Source of the DNA: Acutalibacteraceae bacterium
GTDB taxonomy: Bacteria; Bacillota; Clostridia; Oscillospirales; Acutalibacteraceae
DNA: 47,870 nt
Reading direction: 5' to 3'
Assembly: GCA_045630445.1 (NCBI GenBank)
Contig: JAZQTF010000149.1
Span: 1-47,870 of the forward strand
A model generated the notes under the pieces. That model saw only the letters and a program-made list of their open reading frames with translations. It was not told where the DNA came from and ran no database searches. The position numbers and the translations under genes were made by a program. Each line of letters opens with the position of its first letter. Positions within the stretch are counted from its first letter, which is position 1. Below, piece by piece: positions 38,479 to 46,513 of the stretch.

Positions 38479-38838
38479 ATGGCAGGATACAGAACTGACA
38501 GAATATCCGAGGATATCAAAAGAGAAGTTATTGCCGTAATGCGTGAACTCAAAGACCCCAGAATTCAGGGAATGCTTACCGTTGTAAGAGTAGATGTGAG
38601 CAGTGATTTATCCTATGCGAAAGTATATGTGAGTGCAATGGAGGGCATTGAAACCGCAAAATTGGCGGTCAAAGGTCTCAAAGCAGCGTCAGGTTATATC
38701 CGCAGGGAGATCGGTCAGCATCTTCGCCTGAGAAAAACACCCGAACTCAATTTCGTGGCGGATGACTCAGTAGAGCACGGTATGAAAATCTTTGAAAAAT
38801 TGGGAGGAAGTTCAAAGGCAGATGACGGAGAAAATTAA
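38479..38838 (+). CDS. rbfA: Ribosome-binding factor A
   Basis: 119 aa from ATG 38479 (the track's 38383 start overlaps infB). Begins RISEDIKREVIAVMRELKDPR. Confidence 0.9.
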   Translation: MAGYRTDRISEDIKREVIAVMRELKDPRIQGMLTVVRVDVSSDLSYAKVYVSAMEGIETAKLAVKGLKAASGYIRREIGQHLRLRKTPELNFVADDSVEHGMKIFEKLGGSSKADDGEN

Positions 38839-39775
38839 CTATAACAAGGCCGCTCAACTTTTGGCGGAGAATGATAATTTTTTGATTTTAACTCATGCCC
38901 AGCCCGACGGAGACACCGTCGGCAGTGGCTATGGGCTTTGTCTGGGACTGCAATCTTTGGGCAAAAAAGCAAAGGTTGTGTGTTCTGATAAGATTCCCGA
39001 AAAGTATGCTTATATCCTCGAAAATGTAACCGGGCAGGAGTTTGAGCCGCAGTGCATCGTTGCCGTTGACGTTGCGGACGTTGAACTTCTCGGCAAATAC
39101 AAGTCGGTGGGGGAGAATGCACTTTTGTGCATTGACCACCACTCAACAAATAAACTTTTCGCAAAGTACACTTTGCTTGATACGGGTGCCGCTGCGTCTG
39201 AAAACGTTTATCTTGTGCTTAAAGAACTCGGAGTGGAGATTACTCCCGTTATTGCAAACTGCATTTTCACCGGTATTTCAACTGATACGGGATGTTTTAT
39301 GTATATGAATGTAACCCCCAGGACTCATCGTATAGCCGCTGACCTTATTGAGTGCGGTGCAAACGCAGGTATGATAAATCAGCTGATGTTTGATACGAAG
39401 AAGTATGGTTACGTAATGCTTCAGAAACTTGCGCTTGAAGGGCTTGAAATGCATTTTGACAACAGATGTGCATTGATTGTCTTAACGCAGGAAATGATGG
39501 ATAAATGCGGCATTTCCGAAACTGAAGTTGAGGGAATTGCGGCAATGCCCCGTCAGATTGAGGGCGTGCTTGCAGGTGTCACAATCCGCGAGCGCAGTGA
39601 TGGCAGTTATAAGGTGTCAATGCGTACGCGTGACCCGATTGATGCTTCCGCAATCTGTGGCAAACTTGGCGGCGGCGGTCATAAGAGAGCGTCGGGATGC
39701 CAGTTTTATTGTTCTCTTGAACAGGCAAAAGCAACTATTCTTGAATTGATAGGCGATGCGTTGGAGGAGTCTTAA
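38822..39775 (+). CDS. nrnA: DHH/DHHA1 phosphoesterase (NrnA-type nanoRNase/pAp phosphatase)
   Basis: HAQPDGDTVGS, CIDHHSTN (DHH) and GGGGHKRASG (DHHA1). ATG 38822 is preferred over the track's TTG 38792. Confidence 0.8.
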   Translation: MTEKINYNKAAQLLAENDNFLILTHAQPDGDTVGSGYGLCLGLQSLGKKAKVVCSDKIPEKYAYILENVTGQEFEPQCIVAVDVADVELLGKYKSVGENALLCIDHHSTNKLFAKYTLLDTGAAASENVYLVLKELGVEITPVIANCIFTGISTDTGCFMYMNVTPRTHRIAADLIECGANAGMINQLMFDTKKYGYVMLQKLALEGLEMHFDNRCALIVLTQEMMDKCGISETEVEGIAAMPRQIEGVLAGVTIRERSDGSYKVSMRTRDPIDASAICGKLGGGGHKRASGCQFYCSLEQAKATILELIGDALEES

Positions 39776-40683
39776 TGACGGGAATTTTGTGTGTAAATAA
39801 ACCGCAGGGGATTACTTCTTTCGGAGCGGTTGCGCGTGTGCGTCGTATGCTCGGACGTAAGAAGTGTGGGCATACAGGCACTCTTGACCCGATGGCGACG
39901 GGTGTTTTGCCGATTCTTATCGGTGGTGCAAGCAAGTTTTCCGACCTTATTCCAAATCAGGACAAGGCTTACAGAGCAACTGTAAAACTCGGACTTGTGA
40001 CAGACACTCTTGACATAACGGGCGCAGTGCTTGAAGAGCGTGAAGTGAATGCAACAAAGGCTGATTTTGAAGCGGCACTTGATTGCTTCCGCGGTGAAAT
40101 TGAGCAGGTGCCGCCGATGTATTCTGCCGTTTTCCACAACGGTGTCAGACTTTATGACCTTGCTCGTCAGGGTATAGAGGTTGAGCGTCAGGCGCGTAAG
40201 ATTACAGTTTATTCGCTTGAACTCGTCAACGCTGATGAAGAAAATAATGAGTACGTAATTGATGTCAGGTGTTCAAAAGGCACTTATATCAGGACTCTTG
40301 CGGGTGACATCGGTGAAAAACTCGGTTGTGGCGCAGTGCTTACAACTCTCTGCCGTACTGTTGCCCACGGCTATGACCTTTCCCGTTGTGTCAACATTGA
40401 GGACATTGAGCCTATGGTTGAAAGCGGAGAGATTTACAAGCATATTATGGCGGTGGAAACCGCATTTGAAGAGTATAAGGATGTGTATGTGACACAGCCT
40501 CAGGCGGTGCGTTTCTGTAACGGAGCGGCACTGAGCCTTGAAAGATTGACTCTGCCCTGTAATGATGGCGTGTTGAGAGTTTTCTCAAAAGGTGAGAATA
40601 AGTTTCTCGGCCTTGGAGAAATCAATAACGAATCGGGCGAGTTGCGTGTTAAAAAATTGATGGTTTACGGAGATGTGAAATGA
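39775..40683 (+). CDS. truB: tRNA pseudouridine(55) synthase
   Basis: 302 aa with KPQGITSF and GHTGTLDPMATGVLPI. Its ATG overlaps the nrnA stop by 1 nt. Confidence 0.95.
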   Translation: MTGILCVNKPQGITSFGAVARVRRMLGRKKCGHTGTLDPMATGVLPILIGGASKFSDLIPNQDKAYRATVKLGLVTDTLDITGAVLEEREVNATKADFEAALDCFRGEIEQVPPMYSAVFHNGVRLYDLARQGIEVERQARKITVYSLELVNADEENNEYVIDVRCSKGTYIRTLAGDIGEKLGCGAVLTTLCRTVAHGYDLSRCVNIEDIEPMVESGEIYKHIMAVETAFEEYKDVYVTQPQAVRFCNGAALSLERLTLPCNDGVLRVFSKGENKFLGLGEINNESGELRVKKLMVYGDVK

Positions 40684-42239
40684 TTTATTACGGAACCGGC
40701 ATTGAGCCGGAGGGCTTTACATCAATAGCACTTGGAACGTTTGACGGTGTCCATCGTGGGCATTTCAACGTTATCAAAAGCGCGGTTGACGGCGCAAAGA
40801 GGGGATTTATCCCTTGCGTTGTCAGTTTTTTTCCGCATCCCCAGAAAGTGCTCAGCGGTAAAGCACCGCCAACAATTTTAACCGTTTCCCAACGTGAACT
40901 TGTCCATGCGTCAATGGGTGTAAAATTCTGCTATTTGCTTGATTTTGAGAGCATCGCATCACTGTCACCAAGAGAATTTGTTCGTGACGTGCTGATTGCA
41001 AAACTCAAAGTGCGTGAGATAAGTTGTGGTTACGATTACCGTTTCGGTGCGGGCGGCGCAGGCAATCCGCAGGTGCTTCGTCAGTTGTGTGATGAATTCG
41101 GAATCAGACTCACCGTTGTTGACCGCGTTGATCTTGACGGTGAAAGAATCAGTTCAACCGCAATCAGAAAAGCGATTGAAGATGGTAACATTATGCTTGC
41201 CAACAAAATGCTCGGCCGACCATTCTGCTATGATTTTATCGTGGTGGGAGGTAACAGAAACGGCAGGACAATCGGTTTTCCCACAATCAATCAGTATTTC
41301 CCCGATGGTTTCATTCTGCCGAAATTCGGTGTCTATGCGTCAAGAACTTTTGTTGACGGATGGTGGAAACCCTCAATCACAAACTTTGGTGTAAGACCAA
41401 CTGTCGGCTCGGAAAGACCCGTCAGTGAAACCTGTATCTTTGATTACAGCGGTGATTTGTACGGTGAGGAAGTGTGGGTGCAACTGATTGAATTCATCCG
41501 CCCTGAGCGTAAATTCAATTCTCTTGATGAACTCCGTGAGCAGATAAAGATTGATATGAAACAGGCGCAGAAGTGCAACCAGCTGAAAGCGGTCATTTTT
41601 GATTTTGATGATACGTTGTCCGACAGAAAAATCGGATTTATAAAATATGCAAAACATTTCCTGGGAAAATATTTTCCCGATATGACCGAAGCGGAGATTG
41701 AAACTGCCGCGGAGGAAATGCACGTGCGAAACAATGGCGGCTATTCTGACAGAGAGTTGTTTTTCAAGGGTATTATCAAGGATTTCGGTATGAAAAATCC
41801 GCCATCTCTTGAGCAACTTTATGATGAATATAACACCATCTTTCCGCAGATGACACAGCTTTTCCCTGACACGATTGAAACTCTGAAAACTCTCAGAAGC
41901 AGGGGAATCAAAATCGGAGTTGTAACAAACGGAATTTCCGAAATGCAGCATAACAAACTGCACTACTCAGGCGTTGACAAACTTGTTGACGCGGTGGTAG
42001 TTTCAGGTGATTTGCCGTTTAAGAAGCCGAGCGTTGAGATTTTTGACTATGCGGCTGAAAAACTCGGTGTCAGAAACGACCAGGTGATATTTGTCGGTGA
42101 CCATCCTAAAAATGATATATCGGGTGCGCGTAAAGCGGGTATGAATGTTGTGTGGATGAAGCACGGGCTTTTCAAGGATGAAACCCTTGAAGAAACCGCA
42201 TCGATAAATAAAATCTCTGAAATTCTTGATTTTGTATGA
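40680..42239 (+). CDS. ribF: Bifunctional riboflavin kinase/FAD synthetase with an in-frame C-terminal HAD-IA hydrolase domain
   Basis: 519 aa. FADS motif GTFDGVHRGH; RFK motifs GRTIGFPTIN, GVYA, DLYG and PERKF. Residues 302-519 carry HAD motifs DFDDT, VVTNG, KKPS and VGDHPKNDI. Confidence 0.85.
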   Translation: MIYYGTGIEPEGFTSIALGTFDGVHRGHFNVIKSAVDGAKRGFIPCVVSFFPHPQKVLSGKAPPTILTVSQRELVHASMGVKFCYLLDFESIASLSPREFVRDVLIAKLKVREISCGYDYRFGAGGAGNPQVLRQLCDEFGIRLTVVDRVDLDGERISSTAIRKAIEDGNIMLANKMLGRPFCYDFIVVGGNRNGRTIGFPTINQYFPDGFILPKFGVYASRTFVDGWWKPSITNFGVRPTVGSERPVSETCIFDYSGDLYGEEVWVQLIEFIRPERKFNSLDELREQIKIDMKQAQKCNQLKAVIFDFDDTLSDRKIGFIKYAKHFLGKYFPDMTEAEIETAAEEMHVRNNGGYSDRELFFKGIIKDFGMKNPPSLEQLYDEYNTIFPQMTQLFPDTIETLKTLRSRGIKIGVVTNGISEMQHNKLHYSGVDKLVDAVVVSGDLPFKKPSVEIFDYAAEKLGVRNDQVIFVGDHPKNDISGARKAGMNVVWMKHGLFKDETLEETASINKISEILDFV

Positions 42240-42268
42240 TATTTTGAGTAAAAAATAGATAAATTCTC

Positions 42269-42297
42269 TTTACAAATGTAAATTGATATGCTATAAT
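42269..42297 (+). promoter_or_regulatory. Sigma-A promoter for rpsO
   Basis: TTTACA, a 17-nt spacer, then TATAAT with an extended TGc. Confidence 0.55.
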
Positions 42298-42303
42298 AAC
42301 TCG

Positions 42304-42399
42304 GTCAATGTACTGTTACTCGGCTCTGGGCGCAGACCGAATCCGGTGTTCACCTAACCTTTTGCTGGGTTACAGGCATTCATAAAATTTAAAAATGAG
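42304..42399 (+). promoter_or_regulatory. Structured rpsO 5' leader, a possible S15 autoregulatory element
   Basis: About 95-nt leader with two local hairpins: cgg(c)tctg-ggcg-cagaccg and cctaacc...ggtta(c)agg. The RBS GAGGTG lies at its 3' end. Confidence 0.3.
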
Positions 42400-42672
42400 G
42401 TGAAAACAATGACAGCAGAACAGAAAAAGGCTATTATCGCTGAGTACGCAATGCACGAAGGCGATACAGGTTCTCCCGAGGTACAGATCGCTCTTTTGAC
42501 AACTCGTATCAACGAGCTCACAGCGCATCTCAAAACTCACAAGAAAGACCATCACTCACGTAGAGGTCTTCTCAAAATGGTAGGTCACAGAAGAAACCTT
42601 CTCGCTTACCTTAGCAAGAATGATATCGAAAGATACCGTTCAATTATTGCAAGACTTGGAATTCGTAAGTAA
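42400..42672 (+). CDS. rpsO: 30S ribosomal protein uS15
   Basis: 90 aa with [38 protein letters not shown]. Confidence 0.97.
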   Translation: MKTMTAEQKKAIIAEYAMHEGDTGSPEVQIALLTTRINELTAHLKTHKKDHHSRRGLLKMVGHRRNLLAYLSKNDIERYRSIIARLGIRK

Positions 42673-42687
42673 TTTTTCAAGCGATTT

Positions 42688-42725
42688 AAAAGGCAGGCGG
42701 TTTTCAATCGTCTGCCTTTTATGCA
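42688..42725 (+). terminator. Terminator after rpsO
   Basis: aaaaggcaggcg-gttttcaat-cgtctgcctttt followed by tat. Confidence 0.7.
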
Positions 42726-42740
42726 AATAGCAAAAGTTAA

Positions 42741-42821
42741 AAAGAGGCTGCGGGTTTTAGCAGTGAATTGAGCGGTCATAATTTATGAACGTTGAATTTA
42801 TTGCTAAACCGTGTTCTCTTT
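42741..42821 (+). promoter_or_regulatory. Long imperfect hairpin in the pnp leader
   Basis: aaagaggctgcgggttttagca (42741-42762) pairs with tgctaaaccgtgttctcttt (42802-42821), giving about 20 pairs with one mismatch and a 2-nt bulge. It ends 10 nt before the pnp RBS. Confidence 0.4.
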
Positions 42822-42849
42822 AAATAAATTAAAAGAGAGGTAAATTCAG

Positions 42850-44946
42850 ATGTTTGAAAATGCAAGAAGATTTGAAACAACATTCGCAGGCAGACCCTTC
42901 ATCGTTGAAACAGGCAAAGTTGCTCAGCTCGCAAACGGCTCATGTTTTGTAACATACGGTGACACACAGGTGCTTTGTACAGCAACAATGTCCGAAAAGC
43001 CGAGAGACGGTATTGACTTTTTCCCGCTCTCCGTTGACTTTGAGGAGAAACTCTATTCCGTAGGTAAAATTCCCGGCTCATTCCAGAGAAGAGAGGGTAA
43101 GGCTTCTGAAAAGGCTGTCCTCGCTTCCCGTGTTATTGACCGTCCTATCAGACCGTTGTTCCCGAAAGATATGCGTAACGACGTTGGCGTAGTTGCAACA
43201 ATTATGTCCGTTGATCAGGATTGCTCTCCTGAAATCGCAGCAATGGTTGGTGTATCAATCGCAATCTCTATTTCCAACATTCCGTGGGATGGCCCTATCA
43301 GCGGCTGCCATGTCGGTTATGTTGATGGTGAATTCGTGCTCAACCCGACTGCAGAGCAGAAGAAAGTTTCTGATATGGCTCTCACAGTTGCTTCCACAGC
43401 AGACCTCGTTGCAATGATTGAGGCTGGTGCAAACGAAATTCCCAATGACGTAATGTTTGATGCAATTATGTTCGCTCACGCTGAAAATCAGAAGATGGTT
43501 GAGTTCATCAACTCCATCGTTAAAGAAATCGGCAGAGAGAAGATGCCCTTTGAATCCGTTGAGCCGCCGAAAGAAATGTTTGAGGCAATCAAGGATTTCG
43601 CAATTGAGGATGTACGCGCTGCTCTTGACACAGATGACAAGAGAATCCGTGATGAGAGATTAAGCCCCATCTACGCAAAAGTTCACGAGAAGTTTGACGA
43701 GGTTTACCCCGAAGCAATCAACTTCATCGATGATTGTATGTATAAACTCCAGAAGTACGTTGTAAGACGTTGGCTTCTTGATGACAACAAGCGTGTTGAC
43801 GGCAGAGGCATTGATGAGATCAGACCACTCGCTGCTGAAGTTGGCACTCTCAGAAGAGCGCACGGTTCAGGTATGTTCACAAGAGGTCAGACACAGGTTC
43901 TCACAGCAACAACTCTTGGTACATTGAGAGATGCTCAGTTGCTTGACGGCATTGATGAGGAAGACTCAAAGAGATATATGCACCATTACAATTTCCCGTC
44001 CTTCTCCGTTGGTGAGACAAGACCTTCAAGAGGTCCCGGCAGACGTGAAATCGGTCACGGTGCTTTGGCAGAGCGTGCGCTTGTGCCGGTAATTCCGTCC
44101 GTTGAAGAGTTCCCGTACACAATCCGTCTCGTTTCCGAAGTTCTTTCTTCAAACGGTTCAACATCACAGGGTGCAATCTGTGGTTCAACTCTTTCTTTGA
44201 TGCACGCAGGTGTTCCGATCAAGGCTCCTGTTGCCGGTATCTCCTGCGGTCTCGTAACAGAGGGCGACAGATTTATGACAATGGTTGATATTCAGGGCCT
44301 TGAGGACTTCTTCGGCGATATGGACTTCAAGGTTGCAGGTACTCATAAGGGTATCACAGCAATTCAGATGGACCTCAAAATCTACGGTCTTACACCTGAA
44401 ATCATCAGGGAAGCACTTGATAAGACATACAAGGCAAGACTTTACATCCTTGACGAAATTATGCTCAAGGCTATTCCCGAGGTTAACAAGGAACTTTCTC
44501 CCTACGCTCCGAAGATGCTTATCACAAAGATTCCCGTTGATAAGATCAGCGAAGTTATAGGTAAGGGTGGTAAAGTTATTCAGAAGATCTGCGCTGAGTG
44601 CAACTGTAAGGTTGACGTTGAAGAGGACGGAACAGTTTACGTTACTGCTATTGATAACAACGATGCAAAACGTGCAATGTTCATCATTGAAACAATCGCA
44701 AAGGATCCTGAAATCGGCGCTATCTACAATGGTAAAGTAACAAGAATTATGAACTTCGGCGCATTCGTTGAGATTGCTCCCGGTAAGGAAGGTCTTGTTC
44801 ACATCAGCCAACTCGATACAAAGCGTACAGAGAAGGTTGAAGACGTTGTAAGCATCGGTGATGAGGTTGTTGTAATGGTTAAGGAAATTGACGACCAGGG
44901 CAGACTCAATCTCTCCAGAAAAGATGCTCTCATTAAGCTCGGCTAA
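42850..44946 (+). CDS. pnp: Polyribonucleotide nucleotidyltransferase (PNPase)
   Basis: 698 aa with two RNase PH domains (DFFGDMDFKVAGT), a KH domain (VIGKGGKVIQKI) and an S1 domain (GAFVEIAPGKEGLVHISQL). Confidence 0.97.
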   Translation: MFENARRFETTFAGRPFIVETGKVAQLANGSCFVTYGDTQVLCTATMSEKPRDGIDFFPLSVDFEEKLYSVGKIPGSFQRREGKASEKAVLASRVIDRPIRPLFPKDMRNDVGVVATIMSVDQDCSPEIAAMVGVSIAISISNIPWDGPISGCHVGYVDGEFVLNPTAEQKKVSDMALTVASTADLVAMIEAGANEIPNDVMFDAIMFAHAENQKMVEFINSIVKEIGREKMPFESVEPPKEMFEAIKDFAIEDVRAALDTDDKRIRDERLSPIYAKVHEKFDEVYPEAINFIDDCMYKLQKYVVRRWLLDDNKRVDGRGIDEIRPLAAEVGTLRRAHGSGMFTRGQTQVLTATTLGTLRDAQLLDGIDEEDSKRYMHHYNFPSFSVGETRPSRGPGRREIGHGALAERALVPVIPSVEEFPYTIRLVSEVLSSNGSTSQGAICGSTLSLMHAGVPIKAPVAGISCGLVTEGDRFMTMVDIQGLEDFFGDMDFKVAGTHKGITAIQMDLKIYGLTPEIIREALDKTYKARLYILDEIMLKAIPEVNKELSPYAPKMLITKIPVDKISEVIGKGGKVIQKICAECNCKVDVEEDGTVYVTAIDNNDAKRAMFIIETIAKDPEIGAIYNGKVTRIMNFGAFVEIAPGKEGLVHISQLDTKRTEKVEDVVSIGDEVVVMVKEIDDQGRLNLSRKDALIKLG

Positions 44947-44954
44947 TTAAAATT

Positions 44955-44992
44955 AAAAAAGCACCATTCGCTCTGAATGGTGCTTTATTTTT
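44955..44992. terminator. Bidirectional terminator between pnp and the MocR-type gene
   Basis: aaaaaagcaccattc-gctct-gaatggtgctttattttttt. Confidence 0.85.
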
Positions 44993-46396
44993 TTATTTCC
45001 ACGCTTGTTCAAGAATCTTTACAACTTCGGCAATATCATCAACGTTGAGTGAATTATATCCAATGATGACAATTCCGTCATCTGTGGAAACGTTGTTGAT
45101 GTAGTGGCCTGAAAGCCCCGATACACCAACACCTTTCTCCTTTGCGCGTTCAATCAGTTCTTTTTCGCTCATACCCTTGATTTTAACAAGCAGGCTCAGT
45201 CCTGCATTGTTGCCGAGTACAGTGATTTTTGAGCCGATTGCAGATTGCCTGAGGTTAGTCACAAATGTGTCGCGCCTGTTTTTGTAAATTGTCCTCATTC
45301 TGTTAAGGTGACGCTCAAAATATCCGTCCTGTATAAATCTGAGCAGTGTGTATTGCTCAAAACTTGGTACAGTGGAGGAATAAAAAGAAAGTTCGTTGCT
45401 GTACTTTTCAATCAGACTGTCGGGCAGAAGCATATAACTGATTCGCAGTGACGGGCAAAGACTCTGCGTAAACGTGCCAAAATAAATAACACTGTCGCAA
45501 TTGTCAATGCTGTAAAGAGTAGGAATCGGACGGCCTGAAAACCTGAATTCACTGTTATAATCGTCCTCAATGATGTATCCGTTTTTCTTGCGGTTTATAT
45601 ATCCGAGCAATTCGTTGCGGCGTTTAATCGGCATTACACTTCCAAGGGGGAAGTGGTGCGACGGAGTGACGTAAACAACATTTGCACCCGATTCACGCAA
45701 TTCATCCATATTGATTCCGTCATTGTCAAGCGGAATGTTTTTGAATTTTGCACCATTTGCCTGAAGCACAAGGGACAGTTTTTTATATCCGGGGTTTTCA
45801 ACCGCAAACACCGCTTTTGGCAGCAGTTGTGACAGCAAGCCGAGCAGATATTCCGTACCCGCACCAATGATGATGTTGTCACTTTTTGCATTGATTCCGC
45901 GGTATTTTCCAAGATATTTTGCAATTTCTTCACGCAATTCGGGGATGCCCTGATTATGTATTCTCTGCAGCAATTTTTTCGGTTGCTCTGCCAAAACCTG
46001 ACGCGACAGTTTGCTCCATACGGAAAACGGAAAGTTTTCAATGTCGGCATGCTCACCGCGTAAATCAAACAGAAACTGATGCGGGTTTTCGGTTTTAGTT
46101 TCTGTTTTGCCACTCTCGCTTGTTGTTGTGACAGGGGGCTTTACAGATATCGACTGTGCAAAATATCCGCTCTTTTCAACGGAATAAATGTAGCCTTCGT
46201 CCTTGAGTTGCTCGTATGCACTCTCAACCGTTACCGCACTGATTTTGAGCAGTTTTGAAAGTGTACGCTTTGACGGAAGCTTCTCGTCGGGCTTGATTTC
46301 ACCTGATTCGATGTCCCTTTTTATGTTCGTATAAAGTTGTTCGTACAGTGGAGTTTTGCTCTCGTAATCAAGTTCAAACACAGGAAAACCTCCCAA
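44993..46396 (-). CDS. MocR/GabR/PdxR-type regulator (GntR wHTH fused to a fold-type I aminotransferase-like domain)
   Basis: 462-467 aa. N-terminus YEQLYTNIKRDIESGEIKPDEKLPSKRTLSKLLKISAVTVESAYEQLKDEGYIYS, with an aminotransferase-like body. GTG 46381, 7 nt after GGGAGG, is the likelier start. Confidence 0.85.
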   Translation of the reverse strand: MGGFPVFELDYESKTPLYEQLYTNIKRDIESGEIKPDEKLPSKRTLSKLLKISAVTVESAYEQLKDEGYIYSVEKSGYFAQSISVKPPVTTTSESGKTETKTENPHQFLFDLRGEHADIENFPFSVWSKLSRQVLAEQPKKLLQRIHNQGIPELREEIAKYLGKYRGINAKSDNIIIGAGTEYLLGLLSQLLPKAVFAVENPGYKKLSLVLQANGAKFKNIPLDNDGINMDELRESGANVVYVTPSHHFPLGSVMPIKRRNELLGYINRKKNGYIIEDDYNSEFRFSGRPIPTLYSIDNCDSVIYFGTFTQSLCPSLRISYMLLPDSLIEKYSNELSFYSSTVPSFEQYTLLRFIQDGYFERHLNRMRTIYKNRRDTFVTNLRQSAIGSKITVLGNNAGLSLLVKIKGMSEKELIERAKEKGVGVSGLSGHYINNVSTDDGIVIIGYNSLNVDDIAEVVKILEQAWK

Positions 46397-46431
46397 ATTT
46401 GATTTTATCAGTTGTTGCGTTTTGTTATAAT

Positions 46432-46460
46432 ATGATAATACCAGATTTTGAAAATGTCAA
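46432..46460 (-). promoter_or_regulatory. Sigma-A promoter candidate for the MocR-type gene
   Basis: On the minus strand: TTGACA (46460-46455), a 17-nt spacer, then TATCAT (46437-46432). Confidence 0.4.
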
Positions 46461-46461
46461 C

Positions 46462-46496
46462 AAAAAACGGCACAGAATTTTCTGCGCCGTTTTTCT
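46462..46496 (-). terminator. Terminator after thrS
   Basis: On the minus strand: aacggcgcaga-aaat-tctgtgccgtt (one mismatch) followed by TTTTTTG. Confidence 0.75.
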
Positions 46497-46513
46497 TTAT
46501 TTGTTTTTAAGGG

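Noticed and set aside
42721-42771. A 16-codon ORF (MQIAKVKKRLRVLAVN) in the rpsO-pnp spacer, and a 10-codon ORF (MGVKIKCFTH) in the ylxM leader at 21808-21840.
   Set aside because: Neither has an RBS, and both coincide with predicted RNA hairpins. They are more likely structural RNA than leader peptides.
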